A stretch of 64,000 nucleotides of DNA from an uncultured Clostridia bacterium (GTDB lineage Bacteria; Bacillota; Clostridia; TANB77; CAG-508). A program made the translations under genes and the position numbers. Positions 9,210-19,483 of the stretch are shown here, one piece after another. Below the pieces are notes generated by a model. The model saw nothing but the letters and a program-made list of their open reading frames with translations, had not been told where the DNA came from and ran no database searches. The DNA is taken from NCBI GenBank assembly GCA_947601495.1, contig CANQGE010000006.1:8190-72189 (forward strand), written 5' to 3'. Numbering within the stretch: the first letter of the stretch is position 1; each line of letters starts with the position of its first letter.

Positions 9210-10961
9210 ATGAAAGCAATAGAGATTAGAAACAAGTATTTAAATTTTTTCAAAAATCATGGTCATAGTATTATACCTTCAGCACCAGTAATACCAGAAA
9301 ACGATCCTTCTGTTTTATTTACTACAGCTGGAATGCAACCATTAGTACCATATCTTTTAGGACAAAAGCACCCAGCGGGAACAAGATTAGCAGATTATCA
9401 AAAATGTGTTAGAACAGTTGATATAGATGAAGTTGGTGACAATCGTCATTTAACTTATTTTGAAATGCTTGGAAATTGGTCTTTAGGAGATTATTTTAAA
9501 GAAGAATCAATAGCTATGAGCTATGAATTTTTAACAAAAGAATTAGAAATTCCAGCTGAAAAAATATCTGTTACATGTTTTGCAGGAGATGATGATTGTA
9601 GCAAAGATGAAGTTGCTTATTCTGCATGGAAAAAAGCAGGAATTCCAGATGAAAGAATTTATTTCTTTGGTAAAGATGATAACTGGTGGATAGCAGGAGA
9701 AGAAGGACCTTGCGGACCAGATACAGAAATGTTTTATGATACAGGAAAACCAAAATGTTCTCCAGAATGTAATCCATCTTGTGATTGCGGAAAATATGTA
9801 GAAATTTGGAATAATGTTTTTATGGAATTCTATAAAGATAAAAATGGTTATTCAAAACTTGCTAAACAAAATGTTGATACAGGACTTGGACTTGAAAGAA
9901 TGACAATGCTTTTACAAGGTAAAGAAACTCCTTTTGAAATAGAATTATTCTCACCAGTTATGGATGAATTAGTAAAATTACAAAAGGTTGACAACATTCA
10001 AAGTAGAAGAATAGTTGCTGAACATTTACGTTCTAGCATTATGATTATAAATGATGGTGGAAGACCAAGTAATGTAGATAGAGGATATATTTTAAGAAGA
10101 TTACTTCGTAGGATGACAAGACACTTAAATAAACTAGAAATAGATTTAGAAAAATTAGGAGAAATAATTGATATATCAATAGATGCATTAAGAGAGTTAT
10201 ATCCAGAATTATTAGAAAATAGAGAAACTATAAAAAGTGTAATAATCGAAGAAAAAAATAAATTTATTAAAACTCTTCAAAATGGAGAAAGAGAGTTTGA
10301 AAAACTTGCAACTAGAACAAAAAATAGTGGTAAAAAAGTTCTAGAAACAGAAGCCGTATTTAATCTATATGAAACTTATGGATTTCCACCAGAAATGACA
10401 GAAGAGCTTGCTAAAGAAGAGGGATTAGAAGTTGATATGTCTGATTATCAAAGACTATTTAAAGAACATCAAGAAAAATCAAGATTAGGAAGTGAGCAAA
10501 AATTTAAAGGTGGTTTAGCTTCAACAGGTGAAATAGAAACTAAATATCATACAGCAACACATCTTTTAAATGCAGCTTTAAAAGTAGTTTTGGGACCTCA
10601 TGTTCATCAAAAAGGAAGCAACATAACAGCTGAAAGAATGAGATTTGACTTCTCTCATGGAGCTAAAATGACAGATGAAGAAAAACAAAAAGTAGAAGAT
10701 TTAGTTAATGAATATATTTCTAGAGACATTAAAGTTGAAAAAATGGAAATGAAAAAAGAAGAAGCATTGGCTATGGGAGCAGAAGCTATGTTCTTAGACA
10801 AATATGGTGATGTTGTTACAGTATATAAAATAGGAGATGTATCTTTAGAACTTTGTGGTGGACCACACGTTGAAAGTACTGGAAAACTAGGACATTTCAA
10901 AATTAAAAAAGAAGAGGCATCATCTTCTGGAGTAAGAAGAATTAAAGCAATTCTAGAATAA
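9210..10961 (+). CDS. alaS: alanine--tRNA ligase, short form (583 aa, no C-Ala domain)
   Basis: IRNKYLNFFKNHGH, LFTTAGMQP, FEMLGNWSLGDYFK, editing-domain HTATHLL and CGGPH motifs; ORF ends directly after the editing domain. Confidence 0.8.
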   Translation: MKAIEIRNKYLNFFKNHGHSIIPSAPVIPENDPSVLFTTAGMQPLVPYLLGQKHPAGTRLADYQKCVRTVDIDEVGDNRHLTYFEMLGNWSLGDYFKEESIAMSYEFLTKELEIPAEKISVTCFAGDDDCSKDEVAYSAWKKAGIPDERIYFFGKDDNWWIAGEEGPCGPDTEMFYDTGKPKCSPECNPSCDCGKYVEIWNNVFMEFYKDKNGYSKLAKQNVDTGLGLERMTMLLQGKETPFEIELFSPVMDELVKLQKVDNIQSRRIVAEHLRSSIMIINDGGRPSNVDRGYILRRLLRRMTRHLNKLEIDLEKLGEIIDISIDALRELYPELLENRETIKSVIIEEKNKFIKTLQNGEREFEKLATRTKNSGKKVLETEAVFNLYETYGFPPEMTEELAKEEGLEVDMSDYQRLFKEHQEKSRLGSEQKFKGGLASTGEIETKYHTATHLLNAALKVVLGPHVHQKGSNITAERMRFDFSHGAKMTDEEKQKVEDLVNEYISRDIKVEKMEMKKEEALAMGAEAMFLDKYGDVVTVYKIGDVSLELCGGPHVESTGKLGHFKIKKEEASSSGVRRIKAILE

Positions 10962-11082
10962 GAAATATTTTCTTAAAATTTTAAAAATATTTTCTTAAAA
11001 TTTCAAAAAAAAAATGTCAATATGATATAAAATATGTTATAATTAATATATAGGTATATATTAAAAGTAAGGAGATAAAAAT

Positions 11083-11796
11083 ATGTTAAATAGTAAATAT
11101 AGTAATATTTTAACAATGGTTTTGGTAGTCCTTATAGTTGGAATAATAGGAATAATAGGTTATTTTGGATATGACTTACTTCATACAAAAAAAGTAAATA
11201 CTGATGCACAAGATACACTAGATGAATTTAGTAGAGCTATTGAAAGAGAAACTGTTCAAAATACAGATAATAGCAACACATTAGAAAATGTTACAAATCC
11301 ATTAGATTTACTAGGAGAAACTGAACCACAAGAAACAGTAGAAGAAACTGAACCAGAAAAAGTTTATATGGAAAATTATGAAGTTAAAGGAAGAATACAA
11401 ATACCAAGAACAAAAGTAGATTATCCTATTCTAGAAACAGTTACAAAGAAAACTTTGGAAATAGCAGTAGGTATAGCTTATACCACAGCTGAAAATGATC
11501 AATATCCATTAAATGAACCAGGAAATACAGTAATTTATGGACATAACTTTAGAAATGGTTTGTTCTTCTCAGATAATAAAAAACTACAAAATGGAGATAA
11601 AGTTTTAATAACAGATGTAAAAAATAGAACAACTACATATATCATTTATAATATATATCAAACAGATGCAAATGATGCAAGCTTCTTTACTAGAGATACA
11701 GAAGGAAGAAGAGAAATATCATTGCAAACTTGTACAGACGATAGCAAAGCAAGAATAATTATATGGGCTGCAGAGGAAGGAACTGTACAACCATAA
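11083..11796 (+). CDS. sortase family transpeptidase
   Basis: N-terminal membrane anchor, VIYGHN histidine motif, LQTC catalytic Cys motif, downstream Arg. Confidence 0.8.
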   Translation: MLNSKYSNILTMVLVVLIVGIIGIIGYFGYDLLHTKKVNTDAQDTLDEFSRAIERETVQNTDNSNTLENVTNPLDLLGETEPQETVEETEPEKVYMENYEVKGRIQIPRTKVDYPILETVTKKTLEIAVGIAYTTAENDQYPLNEPGNTVIYGHNFRNGLFFSDNKKLQNGDKVLITDVKNRTTTYIIYNIYQTDANDASFFTRDTEGRREISLQTCTDDSKARIIIWAAEEGTVQP

Positions 11797-11809
11797 AAAA
11801 ATAGATTTT

Positions 11810-11843
11810 AAAGAGTTCAAAGAAATTTGAACTCTTTTTTTTG
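11810..11843 (+). terminator. rho-independent terminator
   Basis: AGAGTTCAAA / TTTGAACTCT stem followed by T8. Confidence 0.75.
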
Positions 11844-11969
11844 TATTTATTAGCTTAGTAATATAAAGAATTATAGATAACCCATCAAAAAAATGATAGA
11901 ATTGATGCAACTAATTTAAACGTCCAAAATATCTAATAAGTATACTGATGAAAATATGGAGGTATAGTT

Positions 11970-12491
11970 TTGGAAGAACTCGTAGAAAAAGCCAAAAAGA
12001 ATGATGAAGAAGCATTTAATAAACTTATAATACTAGTGCAAGAAGAAATGTATTTGATAGCAAAAAGCAAATTAAAAAACGAAGATGATGTAGCAGATGC
12101 AATTCAAGAAGCAATTTTATTGTGCTATAAAAATGTAAGAAAATTAAGAGATAACAAATTTTTTAAAACTTGGCTAATAAAAATTTTAATAAATGAATGT
12201 AATAAAATTTATAAAAAGCGAAAGAAAAACCATGTATCTTATGAAGAAGAAAATATAGAAAATTACCTAAAAGTAGAAGAAACTAACTTTCAAAATATTG
12301 GTTTTGATATTTTAATAAGAAATTTAAGAGATGATGAAAAATTAATACTAAGCTTATATTACTATTCGGAATACTCTACCAAAGAAATCAGTAAGATTTT
12401 AAAAATAAAAGAATCTACAATAAAAAGTAAAATATTTAGAGCAAGAGAAAAACTTAAAAATCAGTATAAGGAAGGAGGTTATTATGAATAA
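11970..12491 (+). CDS. ECF-type RNA polymerase sigma-70 family factor
   Basis: Region 2 (ADAIQEAILLCYKN) and region 4 HTH (YSTKEISKILKIKESTIKSKIFRAREKL); TTG start behind GGAGG. Confidence 0.85.
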   Translation: MEELVEKAKKNDEEAFNKLIILVQEEMYLIAKSKLKNEDDVADAIQEAILLCYKNVRKLRDNKFFKTWLIKILINECNKIYKKRKKNHVSYEEENIENYLKVEETNFQNIGFDILIRNLRDDEKLILSLYYYSEYSTKEISKILKIKESTIKSKIFRAREKLKNQYKEGGYYE

Positions 12492-13998
12492 TATTGACAT
12501 TATTATAGAATGTGTAAAAAATAATCACATAGAAATACCAGCAAAAGTTCAAAATAGAATAAATTACACATTACAAAACAAAACTAAAAAAGTAAATTAT
12601 TTTAAAAGATTTGCTGTTGCAGTAGCCTCTTTATGCTGTGTTTTGCTGGGAAGTTTTGGAGTTTATGCAGTAACAGGAGGAACAATAGAAGGGATTCCAG
12701 CATTAGATTGGCTTGGCATTAAATTTTCAGATAAATATGTTGACTATAAAAAACCAGTTGAAGGTCAAAAAATGGTTTTCGAAAATACAAGTGTTGAGCT
12801 TACATCAACTGTATGTAATGAAGGTTTAACAATATTAGAATTTGACTTAAAATTAAGTAATGAAGATAAAGAAAAATTGAAAATAGGCAAAAGTGTTGTT
12901 ACAGAAGAGCAAGCAAAAGAACATGAAGAAGAAAAAAATAGATTAAAAAATAAAGTTTCACTTGAATTAAAAGCGAAAAAATATGCTCAAGAATCTAAAG
13001 ATAATAAAGAATTAGATTATAATAGTATTGTTGTTTCAGAAAGTGAAATAAACGAAGAGTATGAGAAACAATTAGAAGAATTAGATAAGGGATATAAATG
13101 GAGAGAAAATACAACTTATATTCCAGTACTTTCGCTTAATTATGATCAAAAAGGTGGACAATATAATTACAATATATTTGCTCCAAACACAGATTGGTAC
13201 GCAAGTATTTTTATAGATGATGAACCATACTATATTAGAAACTTTGAAAAAGTAGAACAAGTTAATGAAAATGAATATAAGATTTATGTTTTGTATTTCA
13301 TAAGTGATGAAATTTTAAATGGAAAAAATGAATTTAAAATAACTTTAAAAAACAACAAATTATTAAATTTAGCAAATGTTACAAATACTTCTTGGAGAAA
13401 TGATTGCCAAGGCTTTGCAAGAAATACAGATGCTCAAATGCTACGAGTAGAAGATTCTTATATAATAGATTTACCAAACGATTTTACTGTTAATGTTTCT
13501 AAAGATGATATTTTAAAAGATAGTATTGTTATGGAAAATTTAAATATAAAATCTGAATTTAGAAATATTACACAAACAGTTGAAAAGGTTGTTGTATCTC
13601 CAATTCAAACAATTGTAAGAATTAATCATTCAGCAAATAAGCAATCTTCGAAAGCTTTCGCAAATAAGTATGATGATCCAAACATAGAACATTTGCCTTT
13701 TCCTAGAGAGTATAAAGTTTATGATGATAAAGACCATGAGTTAGATTGTTTCTCTTCATTTAATAAAAGCACATTAATTTATTCTGATGGAACTAGAGAA
13801 GATTATGATACACATGATATACCAAATAAAAAATATGATAATGCAACTTGGGAACAAATTGAATATTTGCTAATAGAAAATAGTGATACAAAATACTTAA
13901 AAATAGTTCCAGTAGAAAACATTGTAAATCCAGTAGATGGAGAAGACAAATTAAGAAGTGGATATGAAATGGAACCACTTATAATTAATTTAAAATAA
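12484..13998 (+). CDS. putative membrane-anchored anti-sigma factor (DUF4179-like)
   Basis: Overlaps sigma gene stop, GGAGG RBS, single TM helix FAVAVASLCCVLLGSFGVYAV about 45 aa from N-terminus, large extracytoplasmic domain. Confidence 0.6.
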   Translation: MNNIDIIIECVKNNHIEIPAKVQNRINYTLQNKTKKVNYFKRFAVAVASLCCVLLGSFGVYAVTGGTIEGIPALDWLGIKFSDKYVDYKKPVEGQKMVFENTSVELTSTVCNEGLTILEFDLKLSNEDKEKLKIGKSVVTEEQAKEHEEEKNRLKNKVSLELKAKKYAQESKDNKELDYNSIVVSESEINEEYEKQLEELDKGYKWRENTTYIPVLSLNYDQKGGQYNYNIFAPNTDWYASIFIDDEPYYIRNFEKVEQVNENEYKIYVLYFISDEILNGKNEFKITLKNNKLLNLANVTNTSWRNDCQGFARNTDAQMLRVEDSYIIDLPNDFTVNVSKDDILKDSIVMENLNIKSEFRNITQTVEKVVVSPIQTIVRINHSANKQSSKAFANKYDDPNIEHLPFPREYKVYDDKDHELDCFSSFNKSTLIYSDGTREDYDTHDIPNKKYDNATWEQIEYLLIENSDTKYLKIVPVENIVNPVDGEDKLRSGYEMEPLIINLK

Positions 13999-14071
13999 GT
14001 ACATGAAATAACTTAATATGATATAGCTAAAGTATTATCGAAAAGTAAATAAAATTTGAAGGAGAAAATTT

Positions 14072-14692
14072 ATGAAAAAAGCAATAATCGGTGTAGTAGT
14101 AATAATTATAATAATTTTTGGATTATTATTTTTCCAAAAACCATTAAAAGAAAAATTTTTAAGTACGAATAGCAATGAATTATCACAAGAAAACAACAAC
14201 GAAAATACTGAACCAAATGCAATCAAATGTGAATATATAGTAGAAAGAAAAGAAATATCTACAAGTAAACTTTATAGTATTGATGGGCATAGCTCATATT
14301 ATGAAGTAGATTTAATGCAAAATGATATGATTTGGAATAATGAATGTGCTTTATATCATAAATTAATAACTAATAAAGAAGATTATGATAAATATAACGA
14401 AAGAATAGAATTACCAGAAATTGATTTTAGTAAAAATTTTATTGTTGTTATATCAGATGAAAATTTAAAACAAGCAGATGAGGTAGATTTACTTATATAT
14501 GAAGTAGTTGCAGATGATACAACAACACATATAAAAATGAGACAAAGAGAAAATCCAGTTGTTTACACAGATGAAGGTTCATTAAGATCAAGTTCAGACG
14601 ACAGAATTTATTATAGTGATAATAATGTTTTTTGGGCTGTTGTAGATAATTCTCAATTAAGAGATAAAGCAGATGTTACTATTGAACATTAA
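14072..14692 (+). CDS. hypothetical membrane-anchored protein
   Basis: GAAGGAG RBS, N-terminal hydrophobic anchor IIGVVVIIIIIFGLLFF; no family recognised. Confidence 0.6.
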   Translation: MKKAIIGVVVIIIIIFGLLFFQKPLKEKFLSTNSNELSQENNNENTEPNAIKCEYIVERKEISTSKLYSIDGHSSYYEVDLMQNDMIWNNECALYHKLITNKEDYDKYNERIELPEIDFSKNFIVVISDENLKQADEVDLLIYEVVADDTTTHIKMRQRENPVVYTDEGSLRSSSDDRIYYSDNNVFWAVVDNSQLRDKADVTIEH

Positions 14693-14713
14693 AAATTATT
14701 TATTAAAAAAGTA

Positions 14714-14828
14714 TTGACAAAAATGGGTTACAATTGTAAACTAATTATAAGGTAAGTTACAAATGTAACTCATTTATTTTATTCGAATAAAATTTAAAAG
14801 AGAGGAGAGTACAATTTTATAATTGTAC
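14714..14828 (+). promoter_or_regulatory. promoter (TTGACA 14714-14719) with three TACA/TGTA palindromes, candidate BlaI-type operators
   Basis: GTTACAATTGTAAC(14727-14741), GTTACAAATGTAAC (14756-14769), GTACAATTTTATAATTGTAC (14809-14828); BlaI/MecI boxes are TACA-N-TGTA dyads. Confidence 0.6.
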
Positions 14829-14838
14829 GAAATATAAT

Positions 14839-15213
14839 ATGCAAGATAAATTTGATATAACAGATGCTGAATTAGAAATAATGCAAGTACTTTGGAGCAA
14901 AGGGGAAAGTACACTTACAGAAATTATAACAGAATTAAATAAAACTAAAGAAAGAAATAAAAATACTGTAAAAACATTACTATATAGATTAGTTGACAAA
15001 AACACAGTTAAATCTAAAAAAGCTACAAGTCAAGGATTTTTATATAGTGCAACAATTACAGAAAAGCAATATTTAACTAAAGCAAATAAATCTTTTTTAA
15101 AAAAATTATATGAAGGAAGTGTAGAAAAACTTTTGCTAAACTTTGTTGAAGATAAAACAGTTTCAAAAGAAGAGCTAAAAAAATTAGTTGATATGTTAGA
15201 AAGCGAGGAATAA
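14839..15213 (+). CDS. BlaI/MecI/CopY family transcriptional repressor
   Basis: ELEIMQVLWSKGESTLTEIITEL...NTVKTLLYRLVDK winged-helix signature; 124 aa. Confidence 0.88.
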   Translation: MQDKFDITDAELEIMQVLWSKGESTLTEIITELNKTKERNKNTVKTLLYRLVDKNTVKSKKATSQGFLYSATITEKQYLTKANKSFLKKLYEGSVEKLLLNFVEDKTVSKEELKKLVDMLESEE

Positions 15214-15215
15214 AT

Positions 15216-17408
15216 ATGTTCCAAGAAATTTTAAGTAAAATATATTTTATTTCACCTCTATTTTACAAAGTACTATATATGACAATAGTTGGAAGTTTAG
15301 TAGGAATAATAGTTTATTTTATAAGAAATTTATTTGATAAAAAAATATCTGGAAAGTGGAAATGTATAATGTGGTGCATAGTTTTACTTGCTTTAGTCCT
15401 TCCTATCAGATTTGAAATAAAAACTAATAAATTAACTATGCAAAACACTGTGGTAGATAAAATAGAAGAAATAAAATACATACCAAGCACTTTAGTAGAA
15501 ACAAATGAATTTAATGATTCCAGCAATGTAGAAGCAAATGAAAATTTAGATATTCAAAAAGAAGAAAGCAATGATTTTATAGAAAATCAAGATATCGCTG
15601 AAACACAAGAAAATATTGATAAAGGTTATGCTAAAATCAATCTTAAAAATATAGTTCTAAATTATATTTTGCCAGGCATTTGGCTTGTTGGAGTTATTGC
15701 ATTTATTTTAACATTTTTAAGTGGTATAAGAAAAATAAGCAAGAAAAATTCAAGAAGAGAATATAGAGATGAGCGATTAAGCAGTATTTTAGAAAAATGT
15801 AAAGCAGATTTAGAAATTAAAAGAAAAATAAAAATAATTTTACAAGATTATAAAAAAGTTCCAAGTATATTTGGAATATTTAATCCTGTAATATTAATAA
15901 AAAAAGATTTATTAAATGAAAGTGATGAAACAATACAATATATTTTTCTACATGAATTATCACACTATAAAAGAAAAGATATTTTATTTAATTTTTGCTT
16001 ATTATTAGTTTTGTCAATTCATTGGTTCAATCCAATTGTGTGGTTTTTATTTAAAAAAATTAGACAAGATATGGAAATTGGAGCAGATGAATTGGCTTCA
16101 AAGAAATTAAATAAAGAAGAGAAAAAACAATATGGAATGGTTTTAATAAATCTATTAAGAAATAGTATGCAAGAAAACTATACAGCAAGTATGCTTTGTA
16201 TGTCTGACACAGGAAAAAATATGGAAAGGAGAATACTTATGATAAAAGGAAAAACCAAAAGTATTGTCTTAAGTGTATTAGTTGTAGTTATAGTTTTTGG
16301 AATAATTGCAGGTTTTGTGTTTGTAAAAACAAGTAATACATCACAAAATGCAGATGTATTAGAAAATAATTCGGAAGAAAATCAAGAACAAAATGAAGAA
16401 GTAACAAATGAAGAAACTGTAAATGAAACTAAAGTGATAGAGGAATCTAGTAATGAAAATAATAATTCTAAAACTCAAAGCAATAAAATAACAAAAGTAG
16501 GAAATTTATCTTTAAATTTAACAGGATGTGAGTTCTTTTCAGAAGGACTTGCATGGGTGGCAGATGATAATAATAATGGACTTTATATAGATAAAGAAGG
16601 AAATAGAATTATAGAAGGAAATAATGGAGCAATAGGAACTACTTTTAGAAATGGACTTGCACGTGCAGTTAAAGATATAGGAAATAATAGCAATCATATT
16701 TATAAATATGGATTTATTAATAAAAATGGAGAGATTGCAATAGATTTTATTTATGATGACGCTTTTGACTTTTTAGATGGACTAGCCCCAGTGGAAAAAG
16801 ATGGAAAAGCAGGTTTTATTGATACAAAAGGAAATTGGGTATTAGATGCACCAGAAGAAAAAATTCCAAATTATTTTTCAGAAGGATTATGTGGAACATT
16901 TAAGAATAATAAATATGGATTTATAGATAAACAAGGAAATACTGTTATAGATTTTATATATAATACAGGCTCAATGTTTCATGAAGGATTAGCATGGGTT
17001 GAAAAAGATGGAAAATATTATTATATAGATAAAGAAGGAAATATTGTTATTGATATAAGTACTATTCCAGGAATAGAAACAGGAAAATCTGAAGAAAGTT
17101 ATCCAAATGTTTTTTCAGATGGGTTGGCACTAATTCGTAGAAATGGAAAATATGCTTATATAGATAAAACAGGAAATGTTGTTTTAGAAAGTCCGTATTC
17201 AAAGGCTGGAAGTTTTTCAGAAGGCTTTGCTTGGTCATATAAAGATGGCAAATATGGTTTTATAGATAAGCAAGGAAATGTTGCTGTTGATTTTGAGTAT
17301 GATAGTATTCAAAGTGATTTTTCTGAAGGACTTGCCGGAGTTGAAAAAAATGGAAAATGTGGATATATAAATTATGATGGAACAGTTATAATAGGAAATT
17401 TAAAATAA
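15216..17408 (+). CDS. BlaR1/M56-family membrane metalloprotease with C-terminal WG-repeat sensor region
   Basis: HELSHYKRKD (HExxH) after four TM helices. The C-terminal half consists of repeated (F/Y)SEGLA.V..(D/N)GK.G(F/Y)ID..GN units, with no penicillin-binding motifs. Confidence 0.8.
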   Translation: MFQEILSKIYFISPLFYKVLYMTIVGSLVGIIVYFIRNLFDKKISGKWKCIMWCIVLLALVLPIRFEIKTNKLTMQNTVVDKIEEIKYIPSTLVETNEFNDSSNVEANENLDIQKEESNDFIENQDIAETQENIDKGYAKINLKNIVLNYILPGIWLVGVIAFILTFLSGIRKISKKNSRREYRDERLSSILEKCKADLEIKRKIKIILQDYKKVPSIFGIFNPVILIKKDLLNESDETIQYIFLHELSHYKRKDILFNFCLLLVLSIHWFNPIVWFLFKKIRQDMEIGADELASKKLNKEEKKQYGMVLINLLRNSMQENYTASMLCMSDTGKNMERRILMIKGKTKSIVLSVLVVVIVFGIIAGFVFVKTSNTSQNADVLENNSEENQEQNEEVTNEETVNETKVIEESSNENNNSKTQSNKITKVGNLSLNLTGCEFFSEGLAWVADDNNNGLYIDKEGNRIIEGNNGAIGTTFRNGLARAVKDIGNNSNHIYKYGFINKNGEIAIDFIYDDAFDFLDGLAPVEKDGKAGFIDTKGNWVLDAPEEKIPNYFSEGLCGTFKNNKYGFIDKQGNTVIDFIYNTGSMFHEGLAWVEKDGKYYYIDKEGNIVIDISTIPGIETGKSEESYPNVFSDGLALIRRNGKYAYIDKTGNVVLESPYSKAGSFSEGFAWSYKDGKYGFIDKQGNVAVDFEYDSIQSDFSEGLAGVEKNGKCGYINYDGTVIIGNLK

Positions 17409-17432
17409 AAATTTTAAACTTAAGAGCACATC

Positions 17433-17490
17433 AAAAAAGAGTCAGCTGAAGAAAGTTAATTGTTACTTACTTCAATCTTGACTCTTTTTT
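17433..17490. terminator. bidirectional hairpin terminator between convergent genes
   Basis: AAGAGTCA...TGACTCTT outer stem with inner TGAAGAAAGT/ACTTACTTCA; A-run before and T-run after. Confidence 0.7.
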
Positions 17491-17513
17491 ACTATTATAA
17501 CAATTTATATGAG

Positions 17514-17942
17514 CTATTTTTTTAAGAATTTTAGCATTTTTTCATAAATTTTTTCTTTTTTTACTTCTGCTTGCAAATTATTCTCATTAACAGTATCCTG
17601 TTTTTTTGTATTTTCTTTCTTGAAAACATCCACACTATATTTTTTCTTCTTTTCTTCATTTATAATTTGCATATCATATTGTTCTTTTGCTCTTATTTTT
17701 GCTTTCTCTTCAGGAGTTGCCCAATAATCTCTATATATATTTGCTAGTATTGCTTTTGTTTCAACTAATAATTCTTGTTCTTCAAAAGTTTTATTTATAT
17801 CAACAGAAAAATGATAATTATTATCCATTTTAGCATAAAATGTATCAATCATAGTTTGTGGTATTTTATTAACACTTTCTTTTGGAACATATTTTAATAT
17901 TTCCAATATTTCTTTGTATGCTTTAGGATAATTATTCTCCAT
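17514..17942 (-). CDS. hypothetical protein, 142 aa, translationally coupled to the upstream transglutaminase-like gene
   Basis: AAGGAG RBS inside the 3' end of the upstream gene; 11-nt overlap; no family recognised. Confidence 0.6.
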   Translation of the reverse strand: MENNYPKAYKEILEILKYVPKESVNKIPQTMIDTFYAKMDNNYHFSVDINKTFEEQELLVETKAILANIYRDYWATPEEKAKIRAKEQYDMQIINEEKKKKYSVDVFKKENTKKQDTVNENNLQAEVKKEKIYEKMLKFLKK

Positions 17943-19314
17943 CTACACTTACTCCTTTTTTCTGGTTTTCTTCTGCTTCAAGCTCTTTAACGTCTGCGTT
18001 TACTATTGCTTGTGCTTCTTCTTTTTTGGTAGTAGGTATATTTTCCGTATTTTTTCCTATTTCATTTGGAGAAATTTCAAAACTTGTTGTTCCAGTTGAA
18101 CCAGTAGTATTAGCTATAGTAGTTGGTTTTGATTCACTTTCTTCTACTTGTTTAACATAAGTTATTGGAGGATATGTAAATTCTATTCCATATTTTTCCA
18201 ATTTCTCTCTTGATTTTTTTAATTCTTCTCTAGGAAATTGTTCTGGTTGTAATGGTAATTTTAATGGTAATGCTGTTGGAGCATGGGATTTATTTGGAGT
18301 ATCCATTTTTTCAAGTTCTTTTGTTCCAAATAAAATAAATCCATCAAAAAATTCAGTTGCTTTTAAATTTCCACTTACTCTATTAGGATTTCTCGTAACT
18401 CCCCATGTTGTATCTAAGCCATATGCTTTTCCATCAATATAAATTACATTATAAACATGACAAGGTCCGCCCATTAATCTACAATTTACATTCATTTTTG
18501 GATTATTTAACATTAACATTGCAATTTTTGAAAATGCTTGGCAGTGACCAATATGATGTTTTAACATTGTGCTAGCACTACTAAAACTTCCATAATCTCC
18601 TTCATGTATCCCTTCTGCACGATATGTTTTCCCAGCAGCATGTGAATTTTGTCCTTGAACATATTGCATATTTTTTTGCAAATAGTTAGCTACTAATACG
18701 ATTTTATCTACAGGTGTTAAATCTGGAATTTTTTCTAACCACTCATCAATTTCTTTTTCTACTAACTCCATATTTTCTTTTGAAAAATCATTTGAATCAA
18801 GTCCAGATAAATTAATAGAAACTATTTCGGGGTTTGCTGGTACTTTATAATGTTCAGATTTTATTCCCCATTGAGAATATTCAGGTGGCACTTCAATATT
18901 ATCATAAACTAATCCATCAAGTTCAATATTTGATCTATCTTTATTTTCAAAATCATCAATTAATAGTGCAGATAATTCTACTTTTGGTGATGATGTAGGC
19001 GAATCTATCGCTTCTTTTAAAATAGAAGAAAGATATTTAATATATTCTGGATTTCTTGCTCTGACTTGTATTTCTTTTAAATTTGGTGATAATTGTGGTG
19101 ATAGTGATTTTTTTAAGATTTCGACCTTTTTTCTAATACTTTCTTTATCATCTTTATCTATGCTATCAACTTGTATTAATAATGTAGCTGTATCTTTTAA
19201 TTTTTCTTCAGTAATTTCTTCAGTAATGTTATTCCAGTTACAAAATCTGGTATATAGTGTTATACCAACAACCCTTGGTTTTCTATCCGAACTGACACGA
19301 TTACTAGAACTCAT
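17932..19314 (-). CDS. transglutaminase-like cysteine protease superfamily protein
   Basis: Cys-His-Asp core pattern GHCQAFSKIAMLML ... CHVYNVIYIDGKAYGLDTTW; start moved to ATG 19314 behind AAAGGAGG. Confidence 0.65.
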   Translation of the reverse strand: MSSSNRVSSDRKPRVVGITLYTRFCNWNNITEEITEEKLKDTATLLIQVDSIDKDDKESIRKKVEILKKSLSPQLSPNLKEIQVRARNPEYIKYLSSILKEAIDSPTSSPKVELSALLIDDFENKDRSNIELDGLVYDNIEVPPEYSQWGIKSEHYKVPANPEIVSINLSGLDSNDFSKENMELVEKEIDEWLEKIPDLTPVDKIVLVANYLQKNMQYVQGQNSHAAGKTYRAEGIHEGDYGSFSSASTMLKHHIGHCQAFSKIAMLMLNNPKMNVNCRLMGGPCHVYNVIYIDGKAYGLDTTWGVTRNPNRVSGNLKATEFFDGFILFGTKELEKMDTPNKSHAPTALPLKLPLQPEQFPREELKKSREKLEKYGIEFTYPPITYVKQVEESESKPTTIANTTGSTGTTSFEISPNEIGKNTENIPTTKKEEAQAIVNADVKELEAEENQKKGVSVDGE

Positions 19315-19483
19315 AAAATATTCCTCCTTTAAATAATTACTTAAGTTATGTAGCATATTTAGAAAGTAATACTAGAAATATTTCAGCTAATGCTTTAGCT
19401 TAAGCAGTTCATTTTACAAAAAATTATCATATTTAACTACTTCCAAAATTGTTTTAATGAAAGTGTAAATATGATAATTATTT

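Noticed and set aside
10963-11005. Direct repeat AATATTTTCTTAAAATT x2 after alaS
   Set aside because: It is a short AT-rich duplication in a terminator-less intergenic stretch. It could arise by slippage and has no further structure or copies.
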